Shown here: one piece after another, positions 26,142 through 42,646 of the stretch
How the letters are laid out: every line of letters starts with the position of its first letter
How positions within the stretch are numbered: position 1 is the first letter of the stretch
Source: Octopus vulgaris
Lineage: Eukaryota
Direction of reading: 5' to 3'
Assembly: GCA_951406725.2 (NCBI GenBank)
Contig: OX597830.1
Location: 64,852,001 to 64,916,000 of the forward strand
Length of the DNA stretch: 64,000 bases
Program-made: the position numbers and the translations under genes
Notes under the pieces: generated by a model
Told to the model about the DNA's origin: nothing
The model's database searches: none
Seen by the model: the letters and a program-made list of their open reading frames with translations, nothing else

Positions 26142-27060
26142 AAAGTGCGATTAGTTATTGCAAACATTTCCGCCCAACCAAGTTCATTACTACATTAGGC
26201 CAGGAGAAAACAATGAGCCTGCTGCTAGGTTTGCCCCACAGGCCTACTGGGAGCTGAAAATTGACATGGGGAAACAATTGAAGTTCCCAGAAACTGCCGC
26301 CTCAACATCAGTAAGGTAGGATATGCTGCAGGTCTCAGAAGAACCCAAGCCAGCGTTCCTGCTAGAACACATTAGCCCTTGGAGGAACGCATAGAGGAGG
26401 CTAACGAATGCAAAATTGGGAAACATGCTGAGTTGTGCCAAAGAAAAGGGAAGCAAGGAGAGTGTTATTCCATCGAGGTGAGTCGCAGAGAATTTGGAAG
26501 TCAGACACTATATAGGGTTTGCAGCACGTTTGACCTCCAGGAGGACAGTAGGAAGAATCATTTCTATTATTAGGCACAAGACCTCAAATTTAGGGAGGGA
26601 GTAGTCGACTACATCGACCCCAGTACTCAACTGGTACTTAATTTATTGAACCCGAAAGTCGACCTTGGCAGAATTTGAACTCAGAATGGAGCGACGGGCG
26701 AAATACCGCTAAACATTTCGTCCGGCGCGCTCACGATTCTGCCACTCGCATACACAATGTTAAATGGTTGCATTGGGGGTTTCTTTAATATACCAGACAG
26801 TAGGAAGAATGCCACCAAGTTGACTGTGGAGGTGGCAAGGGATGCTTCAAGCTGGGTGTAGGACAGAGGATGTGAGCCCTGGAAAGGGTCGTACTTCTTT
26901 CTATCGCTAGGGCTAACTGGACACAATATGGAGCCTGATCAACCACAGCTGAATCATTTCTGTATGAGCGCCTGATATTGAAAGGCTGGAAATACCTAAT
27001 GCCCACCCCCCAGGAAACATTGCTCATGACGCGTTCAGGTTCATCACACGATGATATATG
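26142..27060 (+). mobile_element. HERO-like (R2 group) LINE 3' relic: RLE endonuclease + 3' UTR, interrupted by a SINE
   Basis: WELKIDMGKQLKFPE...R*D..VS...LLE...WEERIEEANECKIGKHAEL...IEVSRREF. Confidence 0.75.
26559..26795 (-). mobile_element. SINE family A insertion with 15-bp TSD
   Basis: gacagtaggaagaat at 26544-26558 and 26796-26810. Confidence 0.8.
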
Positions 27061-27228
27061 GAAAAATTATGTATTCATACGTATATACGTATTATATATT
27101 TATGTATGCACACACACATACATACACACACACATTTACATACATGCTACATACATACATACATACAGATATGTATATATATATGTATATATACGTATAT
27201 GTGTGTGTGTATATATATTTCTGTGTGT

Positions 27229-27265
<37 letters not shown>

Positions 27266-27952
27266 TCACCTCACTATTGCTTGAAAACCAGTATTGATTT
27301 GTTCACGTTCCCACAACTTAGTGGTTGGTTCATTAATAGTAATCTATAGTAAAACCACCATAGATGAAACAAAAATTAAGCCCTGAGATTGATTCGATTC
27401 GTTCATCTAAACTTTTCAAATTTGTGCGCAAGCATGGGCTGCAGTCCAATGACCGAAACAAACATAAAATCTACGTTACGAGTTATAAGCTTTTTGTTTT
27501 CCTATTCAATATTTTTAAACTTTAAAAATTATTTATATCAAATCATATATGAAGGCATTAAAAAAAAAATTTACCTTCCATGACCAAAACATTCTGACAT
27601 TTCCTCACCTCTGAACAAAGCACGAAGGTGGGAGAATGTTCTGTCTTTTGATGGACTGCAATTATTAATTATACTGCTTCGAGTGTTTCCGTGCCATAAA
27701 AGATTACGACAGTTTTAGTAATTTGAAAGGAATGTTCTCCAACAGGAAAAAATAAAAACTGAACTTTCTTTTTTGTCATAATGTTTAATACAAGTTGTAT
27801 GTAGGAGTGTATTTATGTATGTACGTATGTCTATATATGTATGTAAATATGTACGCAGGTATTTACGTATGTATGTTGGCATATTTGCACGTATGCATAT
27901 ATATACATGTATATGTGTGTGTGTATAAGTGTATGTCTATATATATATATAC

Positions 27953-28010
<58 letters not shown>

Positions 28011-28013
28011 AAT

Positions 28014-28152
28014 TGCAGCGTGGGAGGTGTTTATAAGCCATTTAAGAAACACACAAAAGCCGTTCGATTCACTCCAACATTTAAGTTTAATTTGTCAAAA
28101 TATTTTCGTCGCTAAAATCCGCGACCTGTTCACTGACAAAGTCCGTGCTGCA
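28014..28152 (-). mobile_element. ~135-bp element with hammerhead-like fold, inside (TA)n
   Basis: Minus 28140-28091: tttgtca-GTGAACA-g-gtcgc(ggatttta)gcgac-GAAA-ATAT-TT-tgacaaa. Confidence 0.6.
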
Positions 28153-28169
28153 TATATATATATATATAT

Positions 28170-28206
<37 letters not shown>

Positions 28207-28311
28207 CATACACTTATACACACACACATACATATGTATATATATATATGCATACGTGCAAATATGCCAACATACATACGTAAATACCTGCGTACATATA
28301 TACATACATAT

Positions 28312-28363
<52 letters not shown>

Positions 28364-28433
28364 AGTAATCTATCAATCTATCTAATATCTATTTATCTAT
28401 CTATCTAAATATTTGTTTCTCTTTCTCTCTCTC

Positions 28434-28487
<54 letters not shown>

Positions 28488-28566
28488 CACACACATTTAT
28501 TCGCAAAGAAAACAATTTAATAGAAAATTGGATCAATGTTGTTTTCAATACATACATACATATCTA

Positions 28567-28676
<110 letters not shown>

Positions 28677-28692
28677 ATATATATATATATAT

Positions 28693-30359
28693 CCTTTGGC
28701 GCTCCTGATGCCTTAGCAGCAATAAAGGAAATGAAGCATAATTCAGCAGTAGGTCCCGTTAGGTTCCCTGCTTGTGTCTTGAAGATGTGTCAACACCAAC
28801 TTGCACCCCCTCTAGCCAATCTATGGCGGAACTCACTGGATGCTGGATATATACCAGAAGACCTTCTATCCCAGTCTGTTGACCCAGTTTTCAAAAAAGG
28901 AAACAAATCGCTTGCCGTGAATTACCGTCCAATCTCACTCACCTTTCATATCATTAAGGTATTTGAGAGAGTGCTGAGATCGCGTATGACTCACTTCCTT
29001 GAGAGTCATAATATGCTGAACTCCAACCAACATGGATTCCGTAATGGAAGAGATTGCTTGTCGTAGCTACTGCATCATTTTGATGACATTTTGAGAGCCT
29101 TGGGAGAGGGCTCCAACACTGATGTCATCTACCTTGATTTCAGCAAGGCCTTTGACAGGGTTGATCATAAGATCCTTTTGAGAAAGCTGTCCAATATTGG
29201 TGTCACTGGAAAGCTGCTACAGTGGATCAAGTGCTTCCTGTCTAACAGAACCCAACATGTTGTAGTCGAAGGAGTCAAATCCAGCCCAGCCAAAGTCAGT
29301 AGTGGTGTCCCACAAGGCACTGTATTGGGCCCACTTCTCTTCATCATCTACATAAATGATATTACTGACACCATCAAACACAGTAACATCAGAACCTTCA
29401 CTGATGATTCCAAGCTCCAGAAGGTCATCAATGGCGTGGATGACCGAATAAGCCTTCAGTCAGACCTACTGGCTGTTGTCCAATGGGCGGAAAAGAATAA
29501 CATGTTGCTAAACGAAGACAAATTCGAACTGATCCACTTTGGAAGGGAGGACGCTCTGAAACTCTCATACTCCCTTCCTTCTGGAGAAATTCTCATGGCG
29601 TCTAAAAACATCAGAGACTTGGGAATAACAGTGGACAACAACATAAGCTGGGCTACACATATAAGTAGCAAAGTTGACATGGCCCGCAGAATGTGTTCCT
29701 GGATTCTCAGAACCTTTCAGTCGAGAGATTCCCACACCATTATCCTTCTCTTCTCCACTTTTGCCCGACCCCACCTTGAATACTGCTGTCCACTGTGGTC
29801 TCCCTACACGAAACAAAATGTTATGAGAATTGAAGCTCCCCAAAGCTCAATCACAAAAAAGAATAGATGGCATGTCAGACCTCGACTACTGGGGTAGACT
29901 AGAGAAGCTGAAACTGTATTCACTCCAACGACGCCGTGAACGCTACATTATCTGTATGATGTGGAAAATATTCCATCAGTACTGTCCGAATGATGTTGGC
30001 ATCACCTTCAAAATACATCCAAGGCTTGGACCACGTGCCATCCGTCCACAACAAAAATCTAAATCGCATCACATAACGACAATACGGCACAATTATTTCA
30101 CCTCAATTGGACCCGCTCTCTTCAACATTACACCAGGACACGTCAAAACAGAAACTGACCACACAAAATTCAAGACGTCTTTGGACAAATTCCTTCAAAC
30201 AGTCCCGGACAAACCACCCACACCCGGATATGTCTCCGCAAACAGTAACTCTCTGCTCGAATCGGCCTCGATGCCCAAATCCTGAATTGAAAGACTTCGC
30301 CAGGTGGTGCTATTGAGTTAGACATGGCCTGGGCCAATACTGGACAAAACCTTTCTAAG

Positions 30360-30362
<3 letters not shown>
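28693..30362 (+). mobile_element. CR1/L2-group LINE, 5'-truncated RT pseudogene (second subfamily)
   Basis: FKKGNKSLAVNYRPISLT, YLDFSKAFDRVDH, GVPQGTVLGPLLF, FTDDSK; stop at 29064 and frameshift near 29860; flanked by (TA)n. Confidence 0.93.
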
Positions 30363-30424
<62 letters not shown>

Positions 30425-30468
30425 GGTGTGTGAGTGTATGTACATATACATATATACATATATATATG

Positions 30469-30515
<47 letters not shown>

Positions 30516-30638
30516 GTATGTATAACACATATTATACATATACCTATATATATATACATATATACATTTATAAATATACATAGGCATGAATAAATGCATG
30601 CACATTTGCATGCTTACATACACACACACATATATATG

Positions 30639-30687
<49 letters not shown>

Positions 30688-32088
30688 ATATGTATATATA
30701 TATATATATGTGTGTGTGTGTATGTGTATGAGTGTGTAGCCTAGCCAATTTCCCGAATATCAATTACTCTACAACTGTCAATGAATCTACAGTCGTTTTA
30801 GTGATACCTACCCCTCCTTAGTAGGCCCCCTACATCATCACTCACTCTTCTAAATGTTTTTTCCACCCCCACCCCTTCTTCATTTGTTTCCTACTCCGTC
30901 ACGAAATAAACTCTCACCTTTCTGCTTTCATTTATTTTATTTCCTCTTCTGTCGATCACTCACTCCATATTTTCCCTTGAGTGTCCTTTTTCTCTCTCAC
31001 AAGTGAGAGAGCGAATAAATACGCGCGATACTTATGAAACGTGCATTTTTGTGTAAATACGTTTTGATTGATTTTAAATTCCGCCATTGTCAGGACACGT
31101 GTGACGTACAAGATTTGAGTAATCCGTTAGAAATAACAGCGCAATCTCCTTTAAATCACACACACAAATGGCTTATGGGAGGACGTGCAAATGGTAATAA
31201 ATTTTGGAAACACTTCTTAATAATGAAGTGATTGCCACGCCTGAAACATCTTTTGCTCATATCTTTGCTCAATCAGAGAAAGTCTGATTTCAAAGAACAA
31301 CCATTTGTAAGTGTGTTCATATAAACAACCGAATGATCCTATTTATGAGGGTTTCGATTCTCTAGCTTTGCTGACTCTATACGACTTTCACACAAACACA
31401 CACATTTCACATTCCTCCCTCCACCTGTTTTTTTAAATATATTTTTTTAAAGGCGGTACTCCCGCATGGGCACAGTCAAATGATTGAAACAAGTAAAAGA
31501 GTATATCTTAGGTCTTATCTTCAACAGTATTCACAATACCTAATTACTTCACCATTGGAAATTACGTTTCCTTTGGAACAGTCTTCACAAACATAGCATT
31601 GGCTTTCAATATTTCTCCTTGACTACACAACGAATTTCTGTGATGCTTGGCAAGTGATTTGTTCCGAAAAAATGGATTGAAACTGAAACAAATACACGCA
31701 AAGAAGTCAGTTTAACTATTTAGAGAAACACCGTTTAGTCTTATGTATGTGTACTTGACTCCCATTTAAGTTAAAGGATGTGGTCGTCAATACTGTTTCT
31801 TTTACCGCTTTAATGGGGACAAAATCAGTGTTTAATACTCTTTCCAAGACCCCCAAAATTTATGCGAGGGAAGAAAGAAGGTAGCCTCAGCCAGAAACAT
31901 GACCCGGTTGCTTGCAATTGTGTGGAACTCCTACACCCGTTAAAGCTACTCAGGGTTCATATAGAGGTGTTAACGCAGATTAATACTTAAGTACTTCTAC
32001 CATCGAAATCCAACATAAATCTAAGTTTACATATGCTTGGCTAAAATTTCCATCAAGCTATTCAAAGCCTAACATTTCCACATTAACA

Positions 32089-32653
32089 TCTGTATATATA
32101 AAAGGCAGGATGTGTGTGCGTGTGTGTGTACGTGAATGTAATATATGCACGTCCACAAATTAGCACGCATGTCGCTCCAATTTTAGGAGGTCACTTGTCA
32201 TGACCCTAGCTGTATTTTCGTCAACTTATTTTTACCAGAGGCACCAGCGAATTTTCAACCAAAACTTTTAGCAATTTTCAAGTCGGAGAAATCACCATTG
32301 TTTGCAAACAGGAGTTAAATCCCCTTCTAGCGACGAGTAAGTTTTTGTTAAAACTTCTGTTGTTGTTTTTTCATCGAGGAAAAAAGTATTTTGTTGATAT
32401 ACGGGCAACACACACATACGTACATGTATGCGTACAAAAAACATGTATGCAATAGGTGTATGTACGTACGTGCATGTGTGTATGCATGTGTGTGTGTTGC
32501 CCATATATATATATATATATATATATATACACCAATTTCAACAGATTTTGTCCAGGTTTGACGTCGATGTTACTTAGTTTGGTTTTAAATAAAGAATTTG
32601 GTTAGCTCAATAATCCTAACTTAATCCTGGGCAAAGACGGGTTATACTGTTAG
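32089..32653 (+). mobile_element. Non-autonomous Helitron-like element
   Basis: A^TCtgtatatataaaa 5' end; subterminal hairpin cctgggc-aaa-gacggg then TTAG^T. Same architecture as 57138-57533. Confidence 0.6.
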
Positions 32654-33349
32654 TATCTAATAAAACTACGCGTGATCAAATCCCTATGCAGCCCTTTGCA
32701 AATTAAATCCGCATTAACGAACTCTTAATTAACTGTGTTTAATAATTCTGTCAGATCTATTTAAACACATGCAACAGCATATTTTAATAAAATTTCATCA
32801 CATGCTGTAACAAAATCGCAAAATATGTAATACGCTCCAGCTGCTCGTGTATATACACACACCATCTCCTCCGTATTTTAATTACGACATCAAATACATT
32901 TCCTTGTATAATATATGTATTAGAAGCTTATCAAAGGCGTAAAAAATTACATATCCATAATATAAGTTAATTACAATGGGGTGATTTTCTCTAATTCTGT
33001 ATGATGCAATAATGGTGCATGACAATCATATTTAAAGGCTATATTTACTTATCGTAACTTAAGGGGATTCAGGAATTATCATTATAATTTGATGTTTGTC
33101 GACAACATTTATTGTTAAAGTGTGCAACAGGGTTAAACAACAAAAGGAATATTTTATGGATTTGTAGCTATGGAAGGAAATTATAAACGATGTAGAAACT
33201 GCTGAAATGTAATAGGATCATTTTGTTTTTGCAGGGATACATTTGTCGATAATATTATGTTATTAATATTAATTTACTCGCCAATTATAATTATTCTCTA
33301 ACAGTTTTGGCTATCTAAATGGAAATATTTTAAACACTGTCAGATCTCA

Positions 33350-33383
<34 letters not shown>

Positions 33384-35736
33384 ACACACACAGACAATGT
33401 TAATTGGTTGCATTGGGGGTGTCTTCAATATACCAAAGAAGTTGTAGTGGAGAAGGCGTTGTGTACATGACAACACGACCGATATTTGTCAGTTATTTTC
33501 TTAATGGATGAGATGAGATGAAATGATTAAATGTGTTGTTACATGCGATTAAATAAGGGCTAAAAACAGAAATATTAAATACACAGAATTAAGAGTTCAT
33601 GAGCTAAAAGGCTTAATTATTAGGGTTTTGTAGGACCTTTAGATAAACTATATGCCGGACTTTAGATTGAATCTTATATGTAAAACGTGATTTATACACA
33701 AATATGTACATTGTATTCTCTTTTCATTTATTTCTTTACAATGTTTTCTAACTTAGGCTTCGATGCCTCCTTCGATTTTTCTGAACAACCTACCCCAACC
33801 AGTCGGGATTCTCAGCAGAGGTTGTTCTATTCATACTTTCGATCACTGAATATAAAACATGGTTCGTGAGACGTCCGTTCGTATGATTTTTCTTGAGTCA
33901 CCACCTCATTCTTGCATGCCAACCCGTCATAAGGTCATCTATTTACAGGTGAGTGGACTGCAGCAAAGTAAAATTAAGTGCTTTACTGCTCAAGGATACA
34001 AGGCACAGCCGGTTAGGGAATCGAAATCACGATCTCGCAGTCGGGAGTACAAAAGCAGACTACGCGCTTTCACAGTTTATGTCTCAAGAACTGCAAATTT
34101 TCTAACGGAAGGGATTTAATCGATTCCATCGAGCCAGTACTACGACTCGTACTTTATCATTTTATTGTTAAAAGATGAAGAGAAAAGTTGAGCTTGGTAG
34201 GATTTGAACCCAGAATATAAAACGTCAGGAAAAACTGCCGCTAAGCATTTTGTCCGATGGTCTAACGATTCTGCCGGCTCGCCACATTTATTTCTTAATA
34301 GTGAAGTCAATTACGTTATATTTTTCGATACTTCTGGCAACAGAATACTGATACAGTTTCACTGTATAATAACCTTCCGTGTTTGTCTTCGTCCGTTAAA
34401 CCACAATAGGTTTGGAAGTCAATAAACTTTTGCTTGGATTTTCAACCTTTTATAAGAGACCATACAGAAAGATACTTTGGTACTGGAATATTTCTCAGTA
34501 CAGTAATTGTTTCAAATTGTATCACAGATTACAATATATTACACCGACCCCTGTACTTTATTGTATCGACTCCGAAAGGATGAACAACATAGCTAACTTC
34601 AACCAATTTGAACACAGGACGTAAAACACCGAACGGTATACCGTTACATGTATTATCAGATGCGCTACAGTTTCTGCCAGCTCACCGTCTCAAGTCCGTT
34701 CAGTAATTGAGACACAGTTGTTTATCATGTGTTAAATAATTGGGAGTGGCCTCTCCTACATTTAACAGGAAATCAGCCTAGTTCGGTTTCTACATATGGA
34801 GCAATGAGAACATGCTGTTTTGAACTGGGTTAACTCAAATCGCGAAAAATCCATTATCAAAACCGTTTCATACATGACTGTCTCTAAATTTTATTCAAAC
34901 ATATTGCACCAAGATCTAAATCATCCAAATTAGACCGTATCAATGACCTCTTATCGATTCACGGTAATCCTTATTTTTAGCGGGAGTTTTGTGGCCTGTA
35001 ATACACACTACATTGTATCTATGGAAATTTTGATATGTACTATTATTTTGTAATTTTAAGTAGTTTAATTCTTTAATTCTTGAGCACTTAGAAAACTGCA
35101 ATATCAAATCCTTTTCGACATTCTTAGTCTTCAGTATACAAATGATCCTTTATTTAATCTTTTTCTTTCCTACCCGAAAAGTCCGAAAGTAAATCCAACT
35201 GTTGCAAAATTTGAACTTAAAAATTTATCTTCTCCGCACTCCGCTCTTTATGCCACGTTTATCCAGCCATTTTCCAAAATTATTAATTCTACCCATTTAC
35301 TAAACCCAATAATACAGCTAGATATTCTCTAGATATTACCTATTTCTTGTCTCTCGGTCATATATGGAGAGCCATGGCCTAGGCTTAAGGCATTGGACTC
35401 GCGATCGTAACTGAGTGCTTAGGTTGTTGGAATCCCTACCGAGAGGCCAGTCGTGCCCTTAAGCAAACAGCTTCATTTCATGTTGCTTCATTCTAATGGA
35501 GAGGACGAAAAATATCTCTTAGCAGCATTTACGGATTAATTTTGCATACAAATTAATTCCAAGGGCATATGGTTAAGTGATACTAGAATATATATTCCAT
35601 CAATTTTCAAACTAATCTATTTTCTCACTCCGTCAATGTCTACGTAATGTCACTGTAAATTATTTCTTCGAGGCAATACACCCTAAAGTAAATTAACATA
35701 TTCACAATTCTTTCAGCCGCGTTCTCGTTAAATTTT

Positions 35737-35849
35737 CTTCTTCTTCTTCTTCTTCTTCTTCTTCTTCTTCTTCTTCTTCTTCTTCTTCTTCTTCTTCTTC
35801 TTCTTCTTCTTCTTCTTCTTCTTCTTCTTCTTCTTCTTCTTCTTCTTCT
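35737..35849. repeat. Pure (CTT)n tract
   Basis: Directly visible. Confidence 0.97.
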
Positions 35850-36669
35850 CGTGTAATAAATATTTGTAGACTTATAATATTAATTGAAATATTATAAATA
35901 GCTTAAATAAATGAACTCAAGGCTTTATTCTAGAGTATAATTAATATAGAGACTTCCAAGTTTACTTAAACTGATTGAATCACACTTTCTGATAACAATA
36001 TACATAGTTGATAATGAAATTACATAAGACAACATTTATTACCCCAGATTAATATACAAGGAACGTGATTTGAAGACTTTCATACGTATTGTGGTAGATT
36101 TCGCTTATGGAATAAGCGAAATATATTAAAAGATGTATGGAAGATCGCGATCACGATACGCACTGCCGCTCAGCAACAATTTGCCACTTAATTCAGCAAC
36201 GATTGTTTTTGATATTGCAAACACACACACAAACACACTCTCTCACACACACATGCACACACACAGAAAGACACACAGACACACAATTATATGACGGGTT
36301 TCTCTCAGTTTCCGTCGACCAAATCCTGAAAGCTGTATTTATACCAAAACTATCCAAATTGAAGTAGTTGCAGTGCTAAGGTCGATTTAGTGAAAGAGTA
36401 ATTTCCTGTTTGAAATCAGGATTTTAAGAAGAGGAAGATTGGATGAAAAACAGAAAAGATGATGCTTGAAAATAGCAAATTGTGAATGCAATATTTTAGA
36501 ATAATTCTTTAATTTCCAATAAGAATCTTTCAGGATAATCGTGTATTTATCGCCGAATACTGAATCACCAAATAATGTCCTCCATTTCGATCTAGGAAAC
36601 ATCGTTGAACAAACGCAGATCCTGTTGTTGTTGTTGTTGATTTTGCTATTTATGTTACTACAAACGTTA

Positions 36670-38452
<1,783 letters not shown>

Positions 38453-38941
38453 TGTAAGGCTGAAGTCACCGCGCTTATACTTCGATGTCTAACTTGCTGA
38501 TTGTTTTATAATTATGGAAACATTACTATTAATAACAATCATAAAAATAATGATGATGATAATGATGATGATGAGGATGATGATGTTGATGATGATGATG
38601 ATGATGATGATGATGTGATGATAGTAAAATACAATAACAAGAGTAATTTTTTGCGAGTAATGTTAATAATAAAAACAACAATAATAAACTTAATAATGAT
38701 GAGGATTATGAAGAAAATAATGGTTTCTGTAATGAATAAAAAGAAAATATATATTTATATATAGTTGTAATTGTTTCGAAAGATTTATCATCGACTGATG
38801 ATGTTAAATGTAAACAACAAATTCTGTGTGTACACTTAGAGCAAAGCTAAACAGTAAACGGAGCAACCCACAGCATACTGCATCCAACAGTACGCCACCG
38901 TATTTACACAGCTATTCAACTATTCACGCAAATGCACATAG

Positions 38942-39017
<76 letters not shown>

Positions 39018-39035
39018 TATATACATACATACATG

Positions 39036-39088
<53 letters not shown>

Positions 39089-39250
39089 ATGTGAAAAGCA
39101 TGATTGAACGTGCGTATTTGAGTGTGTGGTTGTCATGCATACAATCCCCTAAAAGTCGAAATGGATAAATGTGAAGGGACAGGTGATGTGACAGTCTCAC
39201 TGAATAAGAGACATATATATTATATATGCATAGATATAGGTATATACATG

Positions 39251-39357
<107 letters not shown>

Positions 39358-39381
39358 ATATTATATATATATATATATGTA

Positions 39382-39414
<33 letters not shown>

Positions 39415-40120
39415 TTCATCTATATACCTATATCTATGTATATAAATGTACATATACATTATCTGTCTATCTATTTACGTATACATACACACCTACACAC
39501 ACATATAGATATACAAAGCTAGCAAGATAGATCGATAGATAAATGGATGGATAAATGTATGTGCATATGTGTATGTGTGTATGTATATGTATCTATGTAT
39601 ATATATATATATGTATATATGTATTATGTATATATATGTATATATGTATTATGTAGATATGTGCATATATATATATATATGTATGTCTGTGTTATATATA
39701 TATACATTCACACACACGCACACTTACTCAAGTTCAAATCAGGAGTGAAAGAAAGAGCGAGAGAGAGGGAGAGAAAGAGGGAGAGAAAAAGGGAAAGATG
39801 GAGAGAGAAGCTGCAAGATGCAGAGAAGGAGAAAGAGAAGGTGACCGTGTCAGAGACACTGAGAACGCTTTAATTCAAACTGGAAGCAGATTAAAAAGCA
39901 GAAATCAATCGGAGCGCGTTCAACTGTCATGGCTGCCATTACTGGGGACATGTTCAACAGGGAGCTGTTATATATTTACATATTTACCGTTTTGTCTGTG
40001 AAGCGGAACTTAATCAAATTACATAGGCAACGGAAGTGAGTTGATCGTGTTTCAAGTGTCTTCTGCTAAATTAGAAACAATGACATTTTAGGCCGGACAG
40101 ATATGTATACATACAGATAC

Positions 40121-40172
<52 letters not shown>

Positions 40173-40368
40173 TTATATTTATATATTCGTATATACATAT
40201 AGTCGTCATTTGGTCATTGCATACACTCACGCACAGATAAAACAGGTGAACACAGATACAGATGTATATACGCGTCTGTATGTGTATACACATACATACA
40301 TACGTACATGCATGTGTATACACGCACACATCTCTCTCTCACTCTCTCCCTTTCTGTACACACATATA

Positions 40369-40408
<40 letters not shown>

Positions 40409-41123
40409 GGGAAAGAGAGGGAGAGAAAGAGAGAGGGAGAGAGAGAAAGACAGACAAGCAGACAGACAGGTAGAGAGGACAGTATAATCGTCCTTTGATC
40501 ACTGGAAAATTTTAAAAGTACACTCGCAGGTAAAAATAGATACCTACCTCATATCCATTACAAACACACACACACTCTCTCTCTATCACACTCTCACATA
40601 TATGAGTATGTATATGTGTGTGTGTATATGTATGTATATATATACGTGTGTATGTCTATGAATGTATATATATTCATATACACAGATGTACTTCCTTTTG
40701 ACTCTTTTACTCTTTATATATACATATATATATATAAAACCTACATATGTATGTCTCCAAAATATATAACTATATGCATACATTATTTTTAAATCAATGT
40801 TTATCAGAATGCATTTCACCTTCAAAATTTAATAAAATCTACAGATAGAATTTAATTTTTCTAATATTGTCTTATTTTGACTTCACTCAAAATGCCGAGT
40901 AATGAAATCGCTATCACTAGAAGCCGTTTGTTATTTGCACACATTCCAATTTTGAAGCTACTCCCAATTTGAATTCTGTTGCTTGTTTTGTACTTATCTT
41001 CACTCATCCCCGTAAGAAAGCGTCTGTTCTTGTGATGCTCACTGTGTATTCTAATGAATCTCCCCATTCATTCTACCTGTTTGGTAAAATTTCGTCAAAA
41101 TAAGCTCTTACATTACTATTACT

Positions 41124-41324
41124 CTTTTTACTCTTTTACTTGTTTCAGTCATTTGACTGCGGCCATGCTGGAGCACCACCTTTTAGTCGAGCAAATCGAC
41201 CGCGAGACTTATTCTTTGTAAGCCCAGTACTTATTCTATCGGTCTCTTTTGCCGAACCGCTAAGTGACGGGGACGTAAACACACCAGCATCGGTTGTCAA
41301 GCAATGCTAGGGGGACAAACACAG

Positions 41325-41377
<53 letters not shown>

Positions 41378-41545
41378 TACGACAGGCTTCTTTCAGTTTC
41401 CGTCTACCAAATCTACTCACAAGACATTGGTCGGCCCGGGGCTATAGTAGAAGACACTTGCCCAAGGTGCCACGCAGTGGGACTGAACCCGGAACCATGT
41501 GGTTGGTTAGCAAGCTACTTACCGCACAGCCACTCCTGCGCCTAT
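41124..41545 (-). mobile_element. SINE family B, full length
   Basis: Minus: ggcgcaggagtggctgtgcggtaagtagcttgc...ggttcagtcccactgcgtggcacc...gactgaaacaagtaaaagagt. Confidence 0.92.
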
Positions 41546-42056
41546 AGTTTTGTTTTTGTTTTTTTGGGGGTGGTTCCCATTTTGCTGGAAGTAAACCTCC
41601 AAATTATGAAAGTCCTTTTCATGACTGCTGCAACAATTTTAAATAGATTGGACGAACCACAATATTGTAAAAGAAAAGGAATGCTACAGTTTACGATTTT
41701 GATGAGAAGCTGCATTATTCTGTAATTCCTTGTATTTCTGTGTAATAAACTGAGTCTCAATAGGTATAAATATTGCTTTGTGGGGCACGTTGACGTCTGT
41801 AGTTTTCCGGAACGTTTCCAGTAGACATTCAGAAGAGTTCCATCCACTTCGAACTTATCTCTAATTCAAGAAATAGTAAGTCGATTAGGTGAATCGGTTG
41901 AGAAACTCTTTCCTAAGAAGTTGTTCAACTACCTGCGGTTCAAGTTCTAGTAGCACTTTAGGTTACAACTTTTGTTGAAAGCTGAGGCTGACATCCGTCA
42001 TTATTAGAGATAAAATCCAGGAGGAAATAAGAAATTAAGTTAGTTATTAGCTGTGA

Positions 42057-42132
<76 letters not shown>

Positions 42133-42233
42133 GATTTAGACATTCTGTATAAATACATTATACATACAGAAATAAATATATGAATGTATAAAATGATATG
42201 TTTATATATACATACGTACAACATATATATATC

Positions 42234-42392
<159 letters not shown>

Positions 42393-42596
42393 CGCTTTTG
42401 GATTTGGTTTGCAAGATTCTTTATATGAGTTCGTGTGTTGAAGCATATTCTGCTGTGTCTGGGGAGAATCAATCTCTTTTTGTGCCTTATAGTGTAACAC
42501 ACTCACCCATAAAATTTCCACTTATTTCTTATTTTTATTTTCCCAAAATTTTCGTTGCGTTTTGCAACCTTTTCGATAATCTTGACTCTCATACAC

Positions 42597-42646
<50 letters not shown>

